DNA of 52,602 bases from Dehalococcoidia bacterium (lineage in GTDB: Bacteria; Chloroflexota; Dehalococcoidia; Lucifugimonadales; JAGWBF01). The stretch lies in contig JAGWBF010000001.1 of the NCBI GenBank assembly GCA_021296025.1, positions 9,562-62,163 of the forward strand, written 5' to 3'. The notes below the pieces were generated by a model. The model worked only from the letters and a program-made list of their open reading frames with translations, was not told where the DNA came from and made no database searches. The position numbers and the translations under genes were made by a program. The first letter of the stretch is position 1. The number at the start of each line of letters is the position of its first letter. This document shows positions 43,623 through 52,602 of this stretch, one piece after another.

Positions 43623-44981
43623 ATGTTTCAGATGCTACAGAGAATTGGTCATCTGCGTAGGCTGTTTGCAGCCTTCTTCCTGGGATGTTTTGCCCTCGGG
43701 CTGGTTGGGCAGGTCGCCGCCCAAGGTGATCATGTCCTGGTGGCAGAGGTGGACGGCGCCATCAACCCTGTCTCGGAACGCTTCATTTCCAGGGTGATCA
43801 ACCAGGCGCACGAAGAGGGTGCTGAGATGCTGGTCATCACCCTGGACACACCGGGCGGACTACTCGATTCCACCCGGGGGATCGTTCAGGAACTGTTGAA
43901 CGCTCCCCTACCGGTGGCCGTTTATGTTTGGCCTTCGGGAGCGCAGGCCGCCTCGGCCGGCACCTTTGTGACCGCGGCGGCCCATTTCGCAGTGATGGCG
44001 CCCGGCACCAACATAGGCGCCGCCTCCCCCGTTACCGCCGGTGGGGGGGATATTCCCGAAACCCTGGAAAACAAGGTCGTAGAGGACACATCGGCGCTGA
44101 TGCGGTCCATAGCTGCCGAGAGGAATCGAAATGCCGATGCTCTCGAGGACACCATCGTTAACGCAACGGCCTATGATGCCGAAGAGGCTGTCCGATTGAA
44201 CGTCGTGGATTTCACCGCCACAGGGGTGGCCAATCTGCTTGAACAGGTTGACGGCTTGACGGTGGAGACCTCCGAAGGCCCCAAGACGCTGGAGACCCAG
44301 GGGTTGGAACAACGCAACGTGAAGATGAACCTCATCGAGAGGTTCCTGGACTTCCTGGCGGACCCAAACGTGTCGTTCATCCTTCTTTCACTGGGTGGCA
44401 TGGGGTTGGTGATAGAGCTGCTGAATCCCGGCGGTATCGTGCCTGGGCTGGTGGGCGTAGTCTTCCTGATCCTTGCCTTCGTGAGTTTCGGCAATCTGCC
44501 GGTGAACTGGGCGGGTGTGGGTCTAATCGGATTGGCCATGGCGTTATTGGTCGCAGAACTGATGATTGCCGGGTTTGGCGTTTTTGGAGTGGGGTCGATA
44601 ATCTGCTTCATCCTGGGTGGGCTTCTGCTGTTCAATAACTTTGGAGCACCCGACCCCGGCGGGTTGGACATCGGCGTCAACCCATGGCTGGTGGGCTCCC
44701 TGGCAGGAGTGTTTGGAGTTGGCGGCCTATGGTTACTGCGCACTATGGTGCGTTCCCGGAGGGGAGAGCGCCAGGACAGACCTTCCAAGCCGGAGCTATT
44801 GGGAACAGTGGGTGAGGTGGTCCATGAGCTAGCGCCTCGGGGGACTGTCCTGATAACGGACGAGATATGGACAGCCATATCCGAAGATGGTACCGTTATC
44901 CCAATAGGTGAAAAGGTGATTGTGCGCGGCCTCGAAGGTGTCGTTCTAACGGTGGTTCGCTCCCAGCGTAGCGCGGGCTAG
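43623..44981 (+). CDS. NfeD-family membrane-bound ClpP-class serine protease
   Basis: Signal/TM segment, then ClpP-like domain (V.V.G.I.P....F......A...GA......LDTPGGL..S...I), TM bundle and C-terminal OB/NfeD domain (G..G.....L.P.G.V......W.A). Start preferred at ATG 43623. Confidence 0.85.
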   Translation: MFQMLQRIGHLRRLFAAFFLGCFALGLVGQVAAQGDHVLVAEVDGAINPVSERFISRVINQAHEEGAEMLVITLDTPGGLLDSTRGIVQELLNAPLPVAVYVWPSGAQAASAGTFVTAAAHFAVMAPGTNIGAASPVTAGGGDIPETLENKVVEDTSALMRSIAAERNRNADALEDTIVNATAYDAEEAVRLNVVDFTATGVANLLEQVDGLTVETSEGPKTLETQGLEQRNVKMNLIERFLDFLADPNVSFILLSLGGMGLVIELLNPGGIVPGLVGVVFLILAFVSFGNLPVNWAGVGLIGLAMALLVAELMIAGFGVFGVGSIICFILGGLLLFNNFGAPDPGGLDIGVNPWLVGSLAGVFGVGGLWLLRTMVRSRRGERQDRPSKPELLGTVGEVVHELAPRGTVLITDEIWTAISEDGTVIPIGEKVIVRGLEGVVLTVVRSQRSAG

Positions 44982-45000
44982 GGACCAATTAGGAGGAGAA

Positions 45001-45864
45001 ATGGCTGTTGGAATAGTGGTAGTCAAGCAGTTCGAGAGAATGGTCGTCCTCAAGTGGGGTGCCCTAGACCGGGTGAGCGGCCCCGGGTTCCGCTTCGTGA
45101 TCCCCATAATGGAGACTGGGCGCATAGTTGACCTTCGGGAAAGGGTGCGCCGGGTGCCAACCCAGAAGTACATCACCCAGGACAACGTGGTAGTTGACCT
45201 CGACTTTGTCATCTACATGCGGATTCTGGCCGAGGAAGCTGAAAAATCTGTCCTTAACGTGGAAAACGTGGAGCAGGCGGTTATCAATCTTGCCGTAGCC
45301 AATCTTAGGGCGGTCATAGGCAACTCGGACCTTGCTACTGCCCTGGGAGAGCGGGAGAGGATCCGGGATACCCTGCAGATAGCCCTGGACGAAGAAACCG
45401 GCCGATGGGGTGTTAAGGTAACCCAGGTGGCCATCAACGAAATAGACCCGCCCCCAGGAGTAAAGCAGGCAATGGAGCGGGAGAAGTCCGCTGCGGCCAT
45501 CAAGACAGCGGAGATAACCGAGTCCGAGGGACAACGCCAAGCCCAGATCAACCGGGCCGAGGGTGAAAAGCAGGCAGCCATCCTGTCCGCAGAGGGACGC
45601 CGTCAGGGGGAGATACTAGAGGCTGAGGGAGACCAACAGGCCCAAGTACTTCGAGCTGAAGGGTTCAGCACCGCCCTGGACCGCATATACCAGGTGGCTA
45701 ACTTAGTCGATAACAAGACGATGAGCCTGCAGTACTTTGAGACCCTGAAGTCCATGGGAGAGAGTCCGTCCACCAAGTTCATATTCCCCATGGAGTTCAC
45801 TTCCATGTTGCAGCCCTTCCTGGGCATGGGCGGCGGGAACCAGCAACAGAACAACAACTCTTAA
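45001..45864 (+). CDS. SPFH/band-7 (stomatin-like) protein
   Basis: V.Q.ER.VV...G........PG..F.IP....... Q...T.DN V..D... and a coiled A/E/Q-rich C-terminus. Classic pairing with NfeD. Confidence 0.9.
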   Translation: MAVGIVVVKQFERMVVLKWGALDRVSGPGFRFVIPIMETGRIVDLRERVRRVPTQKYITQDNVVVDLDFVIYMRILAEEAEKSVLNVENVEQAVINLAVANLRAVIGNSDLATALGERERIRDTLQIALDEETGRWGVKVTQVAINEIDPPPGVKQAMEREKSAAAIKTAEITESEGQRQAQINRAEGEKQAAILSAEGRRQGEILEAEGDQQAQVLRAEGFSTALDRIYQVANLVDNKTMSLQYFETLKSMGESPSTKFIFPMEFTSMLQPFLGMGGGNQQQNNNS

Positions 45865-46247
45865 GCGGTTTCGGGACCCTCAGGCTCAACGATTGTTTCA
45901 TCCGGGGCCTGCAGTTCCTGGTTCTGCGAGTACCTGCGCGATTGTCCGCTTCTGTATATCTTGTGCTTGAGATGCTCTAGCTGCCGTTCCATAGCATCCA
46001 CCGCCGAGGTTACAGCCTCCAAGATGCTCTCAGACCTCTCCTCGGTCCGGAGGACGGACCCGGCTACATCCAGGGTTATCTCCACAATGAAGCGGTCCTC
46101 CTTCCGACGGGAGTTGTTGAGGGTAAGCTCGACTGAGGTTGTGGTGATTCCCTTGATTCGCTTGTCCAGGCTGCCAGCCTTCCTGACAATCCTGCCCCGC
46201 AGACGTTCGTCTAGCTCAACATCCCTGGTCAGTATCTCCAGGTCCAT
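45861..46247 (-). CDS. hpf: ribosome hibernation promoting factor (short HPF/RaiA type)
   Basis: MDLEI..R.VEL...L...I..K...L.K........V.L............VEITL...G..L...E.......A...A....E.QL.K.K. Confidence 0.8.
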   Translation of the reverse strand: MDLEILTRDVELDERLRGRIVRKAGSLDKRIKGITTTSVELTLNNSRRKEDRFIVEITLDVAGSVLRTEERSESILEAVTSAVDAMERQLEHLKHKIYRSGQSRRYSQNQELQAPDETIVEPEGPETA

Positions 46248-46315
46248 TTCGACACCACCTTACACAAGAGTTTCCGGGAGGGCCGCCTTGGACTAAAAGA
46301 ATCGGCGACGGGGTT

Positions 46316-46960
46316 CTAGGTCGCCCGATCAGAGACTTTCGGAACGATGATATGCCCCTCCTCGGGAATGCCTAAGGCATCAGTCTGATCGTTGCCATGC
46401 AGCCAAGCTGTATACGCAGCTAGGATAGCATCACAACCATCATGGGTCAGGTGGTCCATGTAACCTTCCACGCCGGTTACTATAGTTGACACGCGCTCCT
46501 TCAGGTATGCCAACCCCCGGGAAGTGACCTTGGATGGCATCTTCTTGCCAAAGAGGATCACCTTCGTCGCATAAGGGTAAACCTCTATAACCCTGTACCC
46601 TTGGATTGACAGTCGCTGGGAGATGTCCTGCCCTCGGTATATGACCCCCTTTATGATGGACCGCTTCGTCGTGAAGAAACAGCCTATGCCTATGCGGGCC
46701 AGGTCCTGCTCGGCAGAGCGTCCCTTGTAGCTTTGGGTGGGGCTACAGGGGTGGGACTCTTCAAGGCAGTCCAGCCCCAAGGGCAGGGATAGAGGGGCAT
46801 CTATAGCTACCAACTCCGGCTTGTGCTTCTCAAGTAGGCCGCCAAGCTCATCGGGCTCGAAGAACTGGCTGCAGTCGATAAGCCCTGCCTTGTCATCGAG
46901 TAAGGCGAAGGCGCTGCCCCGCTTAGAGGATGCGCTTAGGTCTATGCCCATCACAGCCAC
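46316..46960 (-). CDS. DUF429-like predicted RNase-H-fold protein
   Basis: MGIDLS......A.......... VAIDAPLSLP ... EVYP ... HD..DA..AA pattern. Assignment from memory only. Confidence 0.45.
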   Translation of the reverse strand: MAVMGIDLSASSKRGSAFALLDDKAGLIDCSQFFEPDELGGLLEKHKPELVAIDAPLSLPLGLDCLEESHPCSPTQSYKGRSAEQDLARIGIGCFFTTKRSIIKGVIYRGQDISQRLSIQGYRVIEVYPYATKVILFGKKMPSKVTSRGLAYLKERVSTIVTGVEGYMDHLTHDGCDAILAAYTAWLHGNDQTDALGIPEEGHIIVPKVSDRAT

Positions 46961-47120
46961 TGGATTACCCCCTGGAATACATTCAACCTATGTGATTGCA
47001 GGCTTGCTGATCAGCTATGCCTCGGAGGCGTTGTTGCCTTCTCAAGGTCATACACCAGGGGCCGGCCAACCCGAGTCAGTTAATGGGGAACAACCCGGGG
47101 CCGGCTGTTTCGGCTCCGGG

Positions 47121-48110
47121 TTATAGGTTCTGTGAGGTGGCTCTTGTCGGCGGGGCAGGCAGGGTGTGGGAGATTCCGCCCTCCAAGAGCTTAAGGGCTG
47201 AAGAGTAAGGCTCTGCCCGACCAGCGGCTACCTGTTCTAAAGCGTCCCTTAGCACTTCGTTCTCCGACAAGCCTTCATGGAGCTGCTGAAGGAGTCCGGC
47301 TTGCAACGCCCGGGTGAACTCACGGCTGCTGCGCTCGTTTCTCCGCTTCTCCAGGAGGCCTTCAGCAGCCTGACCCTCACGATGCTCAAGTATGATTTCG
47401 TAAAGCTCCGCCACCCCAACATCAGCGTGGGCCTCGGCGGGAATCACCCTTGGAGACCAGCCGTCGGATGCATCGGCCATGTGCAGCATTGCCCCGAGGG
47501 CGGCGACCATCTTGTCTGCTCCCTGCAGGTCAGATTTGTTCACGACGTAGATGTCAGCTACTTCCATCAAACCGGCCTTGAGGGTCTGGATTACATCTCC
47601 CGACTCAGGCATCATCACCACCACCACACTATCTGCCACATCCATGATGCCCAGCTCTGTCTGGCCAACCCCCACGGTTTCCACCAGCACGTAGTCTGTG
47701 CCCGCCGCATCCAATAGCTGCACCGCTCCCTGCACCATCCTGGGCAGTCCCCCCGGGTTGCTGCGCGTGGCCATACTTCTTATGTAAACACCAGGGTCCA
47801 TGAAATGGCGCTGCATCCGGATGCGGTCTCCCAGGAAAGCTCCGCCGCTGTAGGCGCTGGTTGGGTCCACCGCGATCACGCCAGCGGTAAGGCCGTGACT
47901 GCGTATCACTTTGACCAGGGAGTCCACCAACGTGCTTTTGCCTGCGCCCGGAGGGCCTGTGATCCCGATGCAGTAGGCATTCCCGCAGTGGGGGAACACC
48001 TGGGCCATCACCTGCGCTCCCTGGGGACCTTCCTGCTCGACGATGCTAATGAGGCGCGAGAGCATCCGCTTGTCTCCCCTGATCAACTGGCGTATCGATT
48101 CATCCATCAA
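47121..48110 (-). CDS. meaB: methylmalonyl-CoA mutase-associated GTPase
   Basis: R.L.R.IS..E, P-loop GPPGAGKST, VDP.S...GGA.LGDR.RM, ETVGVGQ, VNK.D. Confidence 0.9.
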   Translation of the reverse strand: MMDESIRQLIRGDKRMLSRLISIVEQEGPQGAQVMAQVFPHCGNAYCIGITGPPGAGKSTLVDSLVKVIRSHGLTAGVIAVDPTSAYSGGAFLGDRIRMQRHFMDPGVYIRSMATRSNPGGLPRMVQGAVQLLDAAGTDYVLVETVGVGQTELGIMDVADSVVVVMMPESGDVIQTLKAGLMEVADIYVVNKSDLQGADKMVAALGAMLHMADASDGWSPRVIPAEAHADVGVAELYEIILEHREGQAAEGLLEKRRNERSSREFTRALQAGLLQQLHEGLSENEVLRDALEQVAAGRAEPYSSALKLLEGGISHTLPAPPTRATSQNL

Positions 48111-48309
48111 TAAGTAGGGGTCTCAGCAAGGTGGGGCGTCAAGGCGATGGCGTACTCTAGCATCGCCTCTTGCGGGCCGTCAAGGACAGGGGAGAGATGG
48201 GTCAAAGACCAGTCCTCCGCTATTGACCAGGAAGAAAGCTGCGTGTTAGGATTGGGTGCGAAGGCGGTTCCAGGGATGGACGACACTCGCCTATGAAAGG
48301 AGCCGAGTT

Positions 48310-48681
48310 ATGCTTGAGGTGACCTCCCCAGCATTGGAGAAGCTCAAAGAGGTGATGGAAGAACAGGGGGAAACGGAGTCATCCCTGCGAGTTATCGCCG
48401 CCCCCGCCGAGCATGGCGGAATCCAGTATATGATGACCTTGGAAAACGAGTCCCAGAGCGAAGACACCATCCTTCAGTTGGAAGGCGTCAAGTTCCTCAT
48501 GGACTCGGACAGCGCACCCTTCCTCGAGGAAGCCACCATAGACTACGTAGAAGACCTTACCCGGGTAGGGTTTGTCATTAACAACCCGATGTTCTCCACC
48601 GGCGGGTGTGGCTGCGGAGCGGGTGGCTGTGGGGCAGGCGGATGCGGCTGTGGAGCAGGCGGTTGCGGCGGCGGCCAATAG
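48310..48681 (+). CDS. HesB/IscA-like (A-type Fe-S carrier fold) protein with a C-terminal Gly-Cys repeat
   Basis: ATG 48310 is preceded by AAAGGAG. A HesB-like core (LRV......GG.QY...L......D......G.KF..D......L....IDYV) ends in FSTGGCGCGAGGCGAGGCGCGAGGCGGGQ. Confidence 0.65.
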   Translation: MLEVTSPALEKLKEVMEEQGETESSLRVIAAPAEHGGIQYMMTLENESQSEDTILQLEGVKFLMDSDSAPFLEEATIDYVEDLTRVGFVINNPMFSTGGCGCGAGGCGAGGCGCGAGGCGGGQ

Positions 48682-48722
48682 GCATCTAAGTCGCCCCACC
48701 AGCCCAGGACTAGAGGCATGAA

Positions 48723-48756
48723 AGAGGGACGCTCGTGCGAGCGTCCCTCTCTTTTT
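48723..48756. terminator. strong hairpin terminator between convergent genes
   Basis: AGAGGGACGCTCG-tg-CGAGCGTCCCTCT followed by CTTTTT on the + strand. A weaker TTT follows on the - strand. Confidence 0.75.
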
Positions 48757-48773
48757 CTCTCGAGTCCCGGAGG

Positions 48774-50174
48774 TCAGTCCCTGAGCCGAATGTACTTGAA
48801 CAGGCGCGGGTGGACTTTTCTCACCAGGTCGAGGGCATGGAGCATCGGCTCCCTGATGGAGAAGTGGGCCTGCTGCTGGGTGCGCAGCTTGAACAGGTGG
48901 TAGCATTCCCGGAGGTTCATCTTGGCCAGCAACCGGCGACGATGAGCATGGGTAGCCAGGTACTGGGCTACCTCCGGTAGGCGCTCCCTTGTCTTGGCGA
49001 AGGCATCCTTGGCCAGGTCCATGGCGGCGGTGTACTCTCCCTCCAATCCCGCTTCCACAACCAGCTCGGGGGTCAGGTATCCCTCTTCCAGGGTCAGGGG
49101 CTGGGGAATATAAGACTGCATGCGATGGCGCTTGAACTCCCGGTAGGCCCCGTAGTCCAGAGTGAACTCGAAGGTGTAGTCGGCCATCTCGAACGCCCTG
49201 GGAGGGGCATCATGGTCGCCCATCCGGTCCATGCAGGCGTCGAACAGGCTGGTTAGATCACTTTCGGACATCTGTTCAACCTGGCTCAACACCTGTCCGT
49301 AGGGCCTGCCGGAGAACTGGTACAGCAGGCCCGCCGCCACCTTGCGCTCCGCATCTTCGTCGTACTGCACCAAGGCAACACCACTATCGTCCCTCTTCCC
49401 CGCGGCTAGCTCGCCCGCCTTCAGGGTCTGGGCCTGACGGTAGGCAACCAGGTAGTCCCTCCGCTCGGCGTACCTGACCAGGGTCGGCGCTATCTCCCTG
49501 CCCTTCACTTTCAGTTCTTCTCCCAAAGCCTGCTCCTCAGCCAGGTTTGAGGAAAGAAGCTTCGTGATGGCATGTTCCATGAGCCGGGCGTTCATGGTGA
49601 CCCCCACGTTAGTGAGGGTCGCAGCTGGAAGGAGTGCTCTGCAGCTGTCGGTAGCCCTTCGTCTTAGCCTGAGCCGAAATGCACCATCCTTTTCGTTGTC
49701 TAGCTGGGGTTCCGCTGTTGCCAGGTACTCCAGGGTAGAATCCACGAGGCTGGCATAGACGGCGAACAACGACTCGCAAGTGCTTATGTAAATCTTTTTG
49801 AGCGCAGGATAGGACTCCAGCTCTTCCGGTACATGGTAGTACCCCTGGGGAAGCAGCTGGTAGCGGGATGATTTCTCGGTGTAGGACGCCAGGCGGTTAT
49901 CTTCCAGGGAATCGCATGCCAGCCGAGAGATGTTCTCCACCGCCATGTGAATGATGGCGTGCTCCGCGACGGACGCATGGCCGTAACCCAACACCCACCG
50001 CTCGTGGAAGTCGGCAGCCTTCTCCTCGCTGACCTGTTCGGCTATCTCATCGAAGGGCTCCGGTCGCCGGGAGGTCATAGCAAACACCACTGCCAGCTGC
50101 TCCTCGGTGAGGTCCCGAGGACTCAGCGGGTACACCCGTCGGGGATATGTGGCGTTTCCCGGTTCAGCGGTCAT
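48774..50174 (-). CDS. thyX: FAD-dependent thymidylate synthase, long internally duplicated form
   Basis: 466 aa, about twice the usual ThyX size. The N-half has NRLASYTEKSSRYQ (S..RY half of the ThyX motif) and the C-half has FKRHRMQS (RHR..S half). Confidence 0.75.
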   Translation of the reverse strand: MTAEPGNATYPRRVYPLSPRDLTEEQLAVVFAMTSRRPEPFDEIAEQVSEEKAADFHERWVLGYGHASVAEHAIIHMAVENISRLACDSLEDNRLASYTEKSSRYQLLPQGYYHVPEELESYPALKKIYISTCESLFAVYASLVDSTLEYLATAEPQLDNEKDGAFRLRLRRRATDSCRALLPAATLTNVGVTMNARLMEHAITKLLSSNLAEEQALGEELKVKGREIAPTLVRYAERRDYLVAYRQAQTLKAGELAAGKRDDSGVALVQYDEDAERKVAAGLLYQFSGRPYGQVLSQVEQMSESDLTSLFDACMDRMGDHDAPPRAFEMADYTFEFTLDYGAYREFKRHRMQSYIPQPLTLEEGYLTPELVVEAGLEGEYTAAMDLAKDAFAKTRERLPEVAQYLATHAHRRRLLAKMNLRECYHLFKLRTQQQAHFSIREPMLHALDLVRKVHPRLFKYIRLRD

Positions 50175-50216
50175 AGAACTTGTCCATTGCCTTCAAAACG
50201 GAGAGCCGAGGATGCA

Positions 50217-51386
50217 TCAGATCAGGAGACGGACCGGGTTTTCGAGGTTGGCCTTTATCTCCGTAAGAAAGGCCGCCCCTTCAGCACCGTCAGCGACCCG
50301 ATGGTCCACGGAGAGGGTGGCCTTCATCACCTGACCAACCACAACCTGCCCACCCTGCACTACCGGTTGCTCCCTGACTGCGCCCACGGCCAGCACCGCC
50401 GCATTAGGGGGGAGGATGATGGCTGCGAAGCTATCCACATCGTGCATGCCGAGGTTGCTTATGCTGAAGGTGCTGCCGCTGTACTCCTCTGCCCTGAGCT
50501 TGTTTTCCTGGGTCCTACCGATAAGGTCACTGCTGGCCCTTGCGATTTCAACCAGGGACCTGTCCTGGCATCGAGAAATGGACGGAACGATCAGCCCCTG
50601 CTCCAGGGCAACCGCAATGCCGATGTTGAGGTCTTCGTGCATCAGCAGGTGGTCGCCGTCCAGCGAAGCATTGAACTTGGGATGCTTAGCCAGAGCGAGG
50701 GCTGATGCCTTCACGACCAGGTCGTTGATGCTGACCCTCTGCCCGTCCGGGGAGCTATCGTTGATTTGGCGTCGCACCGACATCGCCTGGAACATGTTCA
50801 CTTCGGCGGTTACGTAGAAGTGGGGGACCTCGCGCTTGCTCTGGGCGGTTATGCGGGCTATGGCGCGACGCATGGGGCTGATCTCGGTCCCTCCCTGGGA
50901 GACCGGGGCCGGGACCTCTCCGGAGGCTTCCGCCCGCAGCACATCCGCTTCCGTAATCCTGCCGCCCGGACCTGTGCCCGGTATGGATGCCAAAGACATG
51001 CCCTTCTCCCTGGCCAATCGCCTTGCAATGGGGCTTGCCTTTACATCGCTGGATCCCGGAGGGGCAGTTGGCGGCGCTACAGGCTCAGGGGACACAGCAG
51101 GAGAAGGTGGGGTCACCGCAGGCTGCTCCAGCTCAGGCAAAGCCTCGCCGGGACTTACAATGACCGCAATAGGGTCTCCCACCGGAACGGTTCGCCCTTC
51201 TTCCGCTACGATCTTGCCCAGGATACCCGGGGAGAAGGCTTCCATCTCCACCGTCGCCTTGTCGGTCTCGATCTCAGCCAGGATGTCACCCCTGGCCACA
51301 TCGTCCCCTTCTCTCTTGTGCCAGCGGACAACGGTGCCCTCGCGCATATCGTAGCCCATCTGGGGCATGATTACCGTGGTCGCCAA
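50217..51386 (-). CDS. dihydrolipoamide acyltransferase (E2) of a 2-oxoacid dehydrogenase complex
   Basis: Lipoyl domain (IMPQMGYDMREGTVVRWHK.EGD.V..GD.L.EIETDKA), Ala/Pro linker, subunit-binding domain (ASPIARRLA.E.G), catalytic DHRVADG. Start is TTG 51386 or ATG 51368. The ORF-track start at 51650 overlaps lpdA and is rejected. Confidence 0.9.
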   Translation of the reverse strand: MATTVIMPQMGYDMREGTVVRWHKREGDDVARGDILAEIETDKATVEMEAFSPGILGKIVAEEGRTVPVGDPIAVIVSPGEALPELEQPAVTPPSPAVSPEPVAPPTAPPGSSDVKASPIARRLAREKGMSLASIPGTGPGGRITEADVLRAEASGEVPAPVSQGGTEISPMRRAIARITAQSKREVPHFYVTAEVNMFQAMSVRRQINDSSPDGQRVSINDLVVKASALALAKHPKFNASLDGDHLLMHEDLNIGIAVALEQGLIVPSISRCQDRSLVEIARASSDLIGRTQENKLRAEEYSGSTFSISNLGMHDVDSFAAIILPPNAAVLAVGAVREQPVVQGGQVVVGQVMKATLSVDHRVADGAEGAAFLTEIKANLENPVRLLI

Positions 51387-51417
51387 ATCCACCTCTTCTC
51401 GGGCTGGTATGGGCCAC

Positions 51418-52602
51418 TCATACGTGGATGGACCCCCCATCAGCCCCCAAGGCAGCCTCCTTGATGGCCTCGGACAACGTGGGATGAGAATGCACCATCC
51501 AGCCCAGCTCCTGGGTTGTTCCCTCCAACAGGCGCGCCAGGGACAGCTCTCCCAGCATCTCGGTGACCTCCGGCCCCACCAGGTGAGCGCCCAAGATTTC
51601 GCCGTAATCAACATCAACCACCAGCTTGGCAATGCCGGCGGTCTCGCCAATGGCTAGGGCTTTTCCACTGGCCTGGAAGGGGAACTTGCCCACCTTGATG
51701 GACCGCCCCTGCTCTATGGCCTGGGCTTCGGTCAGCCCGAAGCTGGCAACCTGGGGTATGCAGTAGGTCGCCCGGGGCATGAAGGTGTAGTCCAGGGCCG
51801 GCGGGTCCATCCCTGCTATGGACTCCACAGCCGTTACCCCCTGGGCCGATGCCACATGGGCCAAGAGAAGCTTACCGGTCACATCGCCTATGGCGTAAAC
51901 GCCGGGCACACTGGTAGCCATCCGGTCATCCACCTGGATGAATCCCGACTTCACTTCCACGCCCAAGCCCTCCAACCCCAAGCCCTCTATGTTGCCCTGG
52001 ACTCCCACTGCCACCAGGACCGTCGAGCACTGGACACTCTCTTCTTCGCCCTCAGCCCTCTGTATGCTGAGCCGGGCGCCGTCCTCCGTATGCTCCAAAC
52101 CAACCACCTTGGAGCCGGTCAGGAAGCGAATTCCTTCCCGCGTCAGCGCTCTCTCAAGCTGTTGGCTGATCTCTTCATCCTCATTGGGAACGACCCGGGG
52201 CATCAGCTCCACCACAGTGACATCCACCCCGTAGGCGTTGCAGAGATAGGCAAACTCGACTCCGGTGGCGCCGGCCCCAACTATGACGATGCTCCGAGGA
52301 AGCTCCCGCAGCTCCAGGGCGTGGCGGCTGGTGATGACCGTGCGTCCATCCACCGGAAGGTCCGGTATGGCGCGGGGACTGGCGCCCGTGGCCAGGATGA
52401 TGTTCCCGGCGCCTATGGTGCGCCCCTCGGGAGCAACCTCCACGACGCCAGGGGACACAATCTTGGCATCGCGCTGGATGTGTTCGACCTTGTTCTTTCG
52501 GAACAGGAAGCCGATGCCCTTGGTGTTCTGCTCTACAACTTTCCGGCTCCGGTCCACCGCCTTGGAGTAGTCGATCTTCAGGTTTTCGAATTGGAAGCCG
52601 AA
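51418..52602 (-). CDS. lpdA: dihydrolipoyl dehydrogenase (E3), N-terminally truncated by the window edge
   Basis: Frame is open to base 52602. NAD-binding IVGAGATGVEFA, GDV.G...LAH.A, C-terminal HSHPTLSE. Confidence 0.9.
   Translation of the reverse strand, partial: FGFQFENLKIDYSKAVDRSRKVVEQNTKGIGFLFRKNKVEHIQRDAKIVSPGVVEVAPEGRTIGAGNIILATGASPRAIPDLPVDGRTVITSRHALELRELPRSIVIVGAGATGVEFAYLCNAYGVDVTVVELMPRVVPNEDEEISQQLERALTREGIRFLTGSKVVGLEHTEDGARLSIQRAEGEEESVQCSTVLVAVGVQGNIEGLGLEGLGVEVKSGFIQVDDRMATSVPGVYAIGDVTGKLLLAHVASAQGVTAVESIAGMDPPALDYTFMPRATYCIPQVASFGLTEAQAIEQGRSIKVGKFPFQASGKALAIGETAGIAKLVVDVDYGEILGAHLVGPEVTEMLGELSLARLLEGTTQELGWMVHSHPTLSEAIKEAALGADGGSIHV

Noticed and set aside
48592-48678. 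GC-rich GGC/TGC/GGA repetitive DNA as a microsatellite or CRISPR-like repeat
   Set aside because: It is in frame within the IscA-like ORF, is imperfect at the DNA level and has no spacer structure. It is a coding Gly-Cys repeat.
50217-51650. Full 477-aa reading of the E2 ORF
   Set aside because: The first 90 residues or so are Trp/Arg/Pro/Cys-rich, overlap the 3' end of lpdA in another frame and precede the canonical lipoyl-domain start (TVIMPQMGYDMREG). The true start is near 51386 or 51368.
1-52602. Mobile elements, prophage, CRISPR arrays, toxin-antitoxin or known defence systems
   Set aside because: I found no transposase, integrase or recombinase motifs, no terminal inverted repeats, no regularly spaced direct repeats and no nuclease/helicase/ATPase defence-type architectures. 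The gene content is metabolic and housekeeping throughout.

Overview
GC-rich, very gene-dense bacterial chromosomal segment with about 57 protein-coding genes. I recognised no rRNA, tRNA, CRISPR array, transposase, integrase or phage genes. All calls come from reading the ORF translations and DNA by eye (motifs, architecture, gene order); no homology search was run. Most of the window is housekeeping. It holds a TroA/ZnuA-type metal ABC importer, a his operon (hisH-hisA-[methyltransferase]-hisF-[HAD]-hisIE), trpF-trpB, pheA, prfA-prmC and hom-thrC-folE. It also holds rpsF-ssb-rpsR, glyA, an NfeD/SPFH pair, hpf, meaB, thyX and the E3-E2 genes of a 2-oxoacid dehydrogenase. A hisIE fusion, a separate trpF, cofE (F420) and NIPSNAP / MmgE-PrpD / amidohydrolase genes suggest a Chloroflexota-like rather than a classical actinobacterial host, but the taxon cannot be proven from this window. 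Six things seem most worth a second look. (1) A mycothiol-like MshA/MshB/MshD-type gene set is translationally coupled to a CelD/FemAB-like transferase, folE and a DUF502 membrane protein. (2) An orphan promoter, structured RNA and intrinsic terminator lie just upstream of the MshD-like gene (riboswitch, attenuator or small RNA candidate). (3) A DUF1800-DUF1501-NHL-small protein cluster has no signal peptides. (4) A terminator-containing leader sits upstream of glyA. (5) An A-type Fe-S carrier-like protein carries a Gly-Cys repeat tail. (6) Ribosomal protein S6 carries an acidic tail of about 160 aa. I see no clear defence or mobile system, so the candidate for a novel system is metabolic or regulatory.
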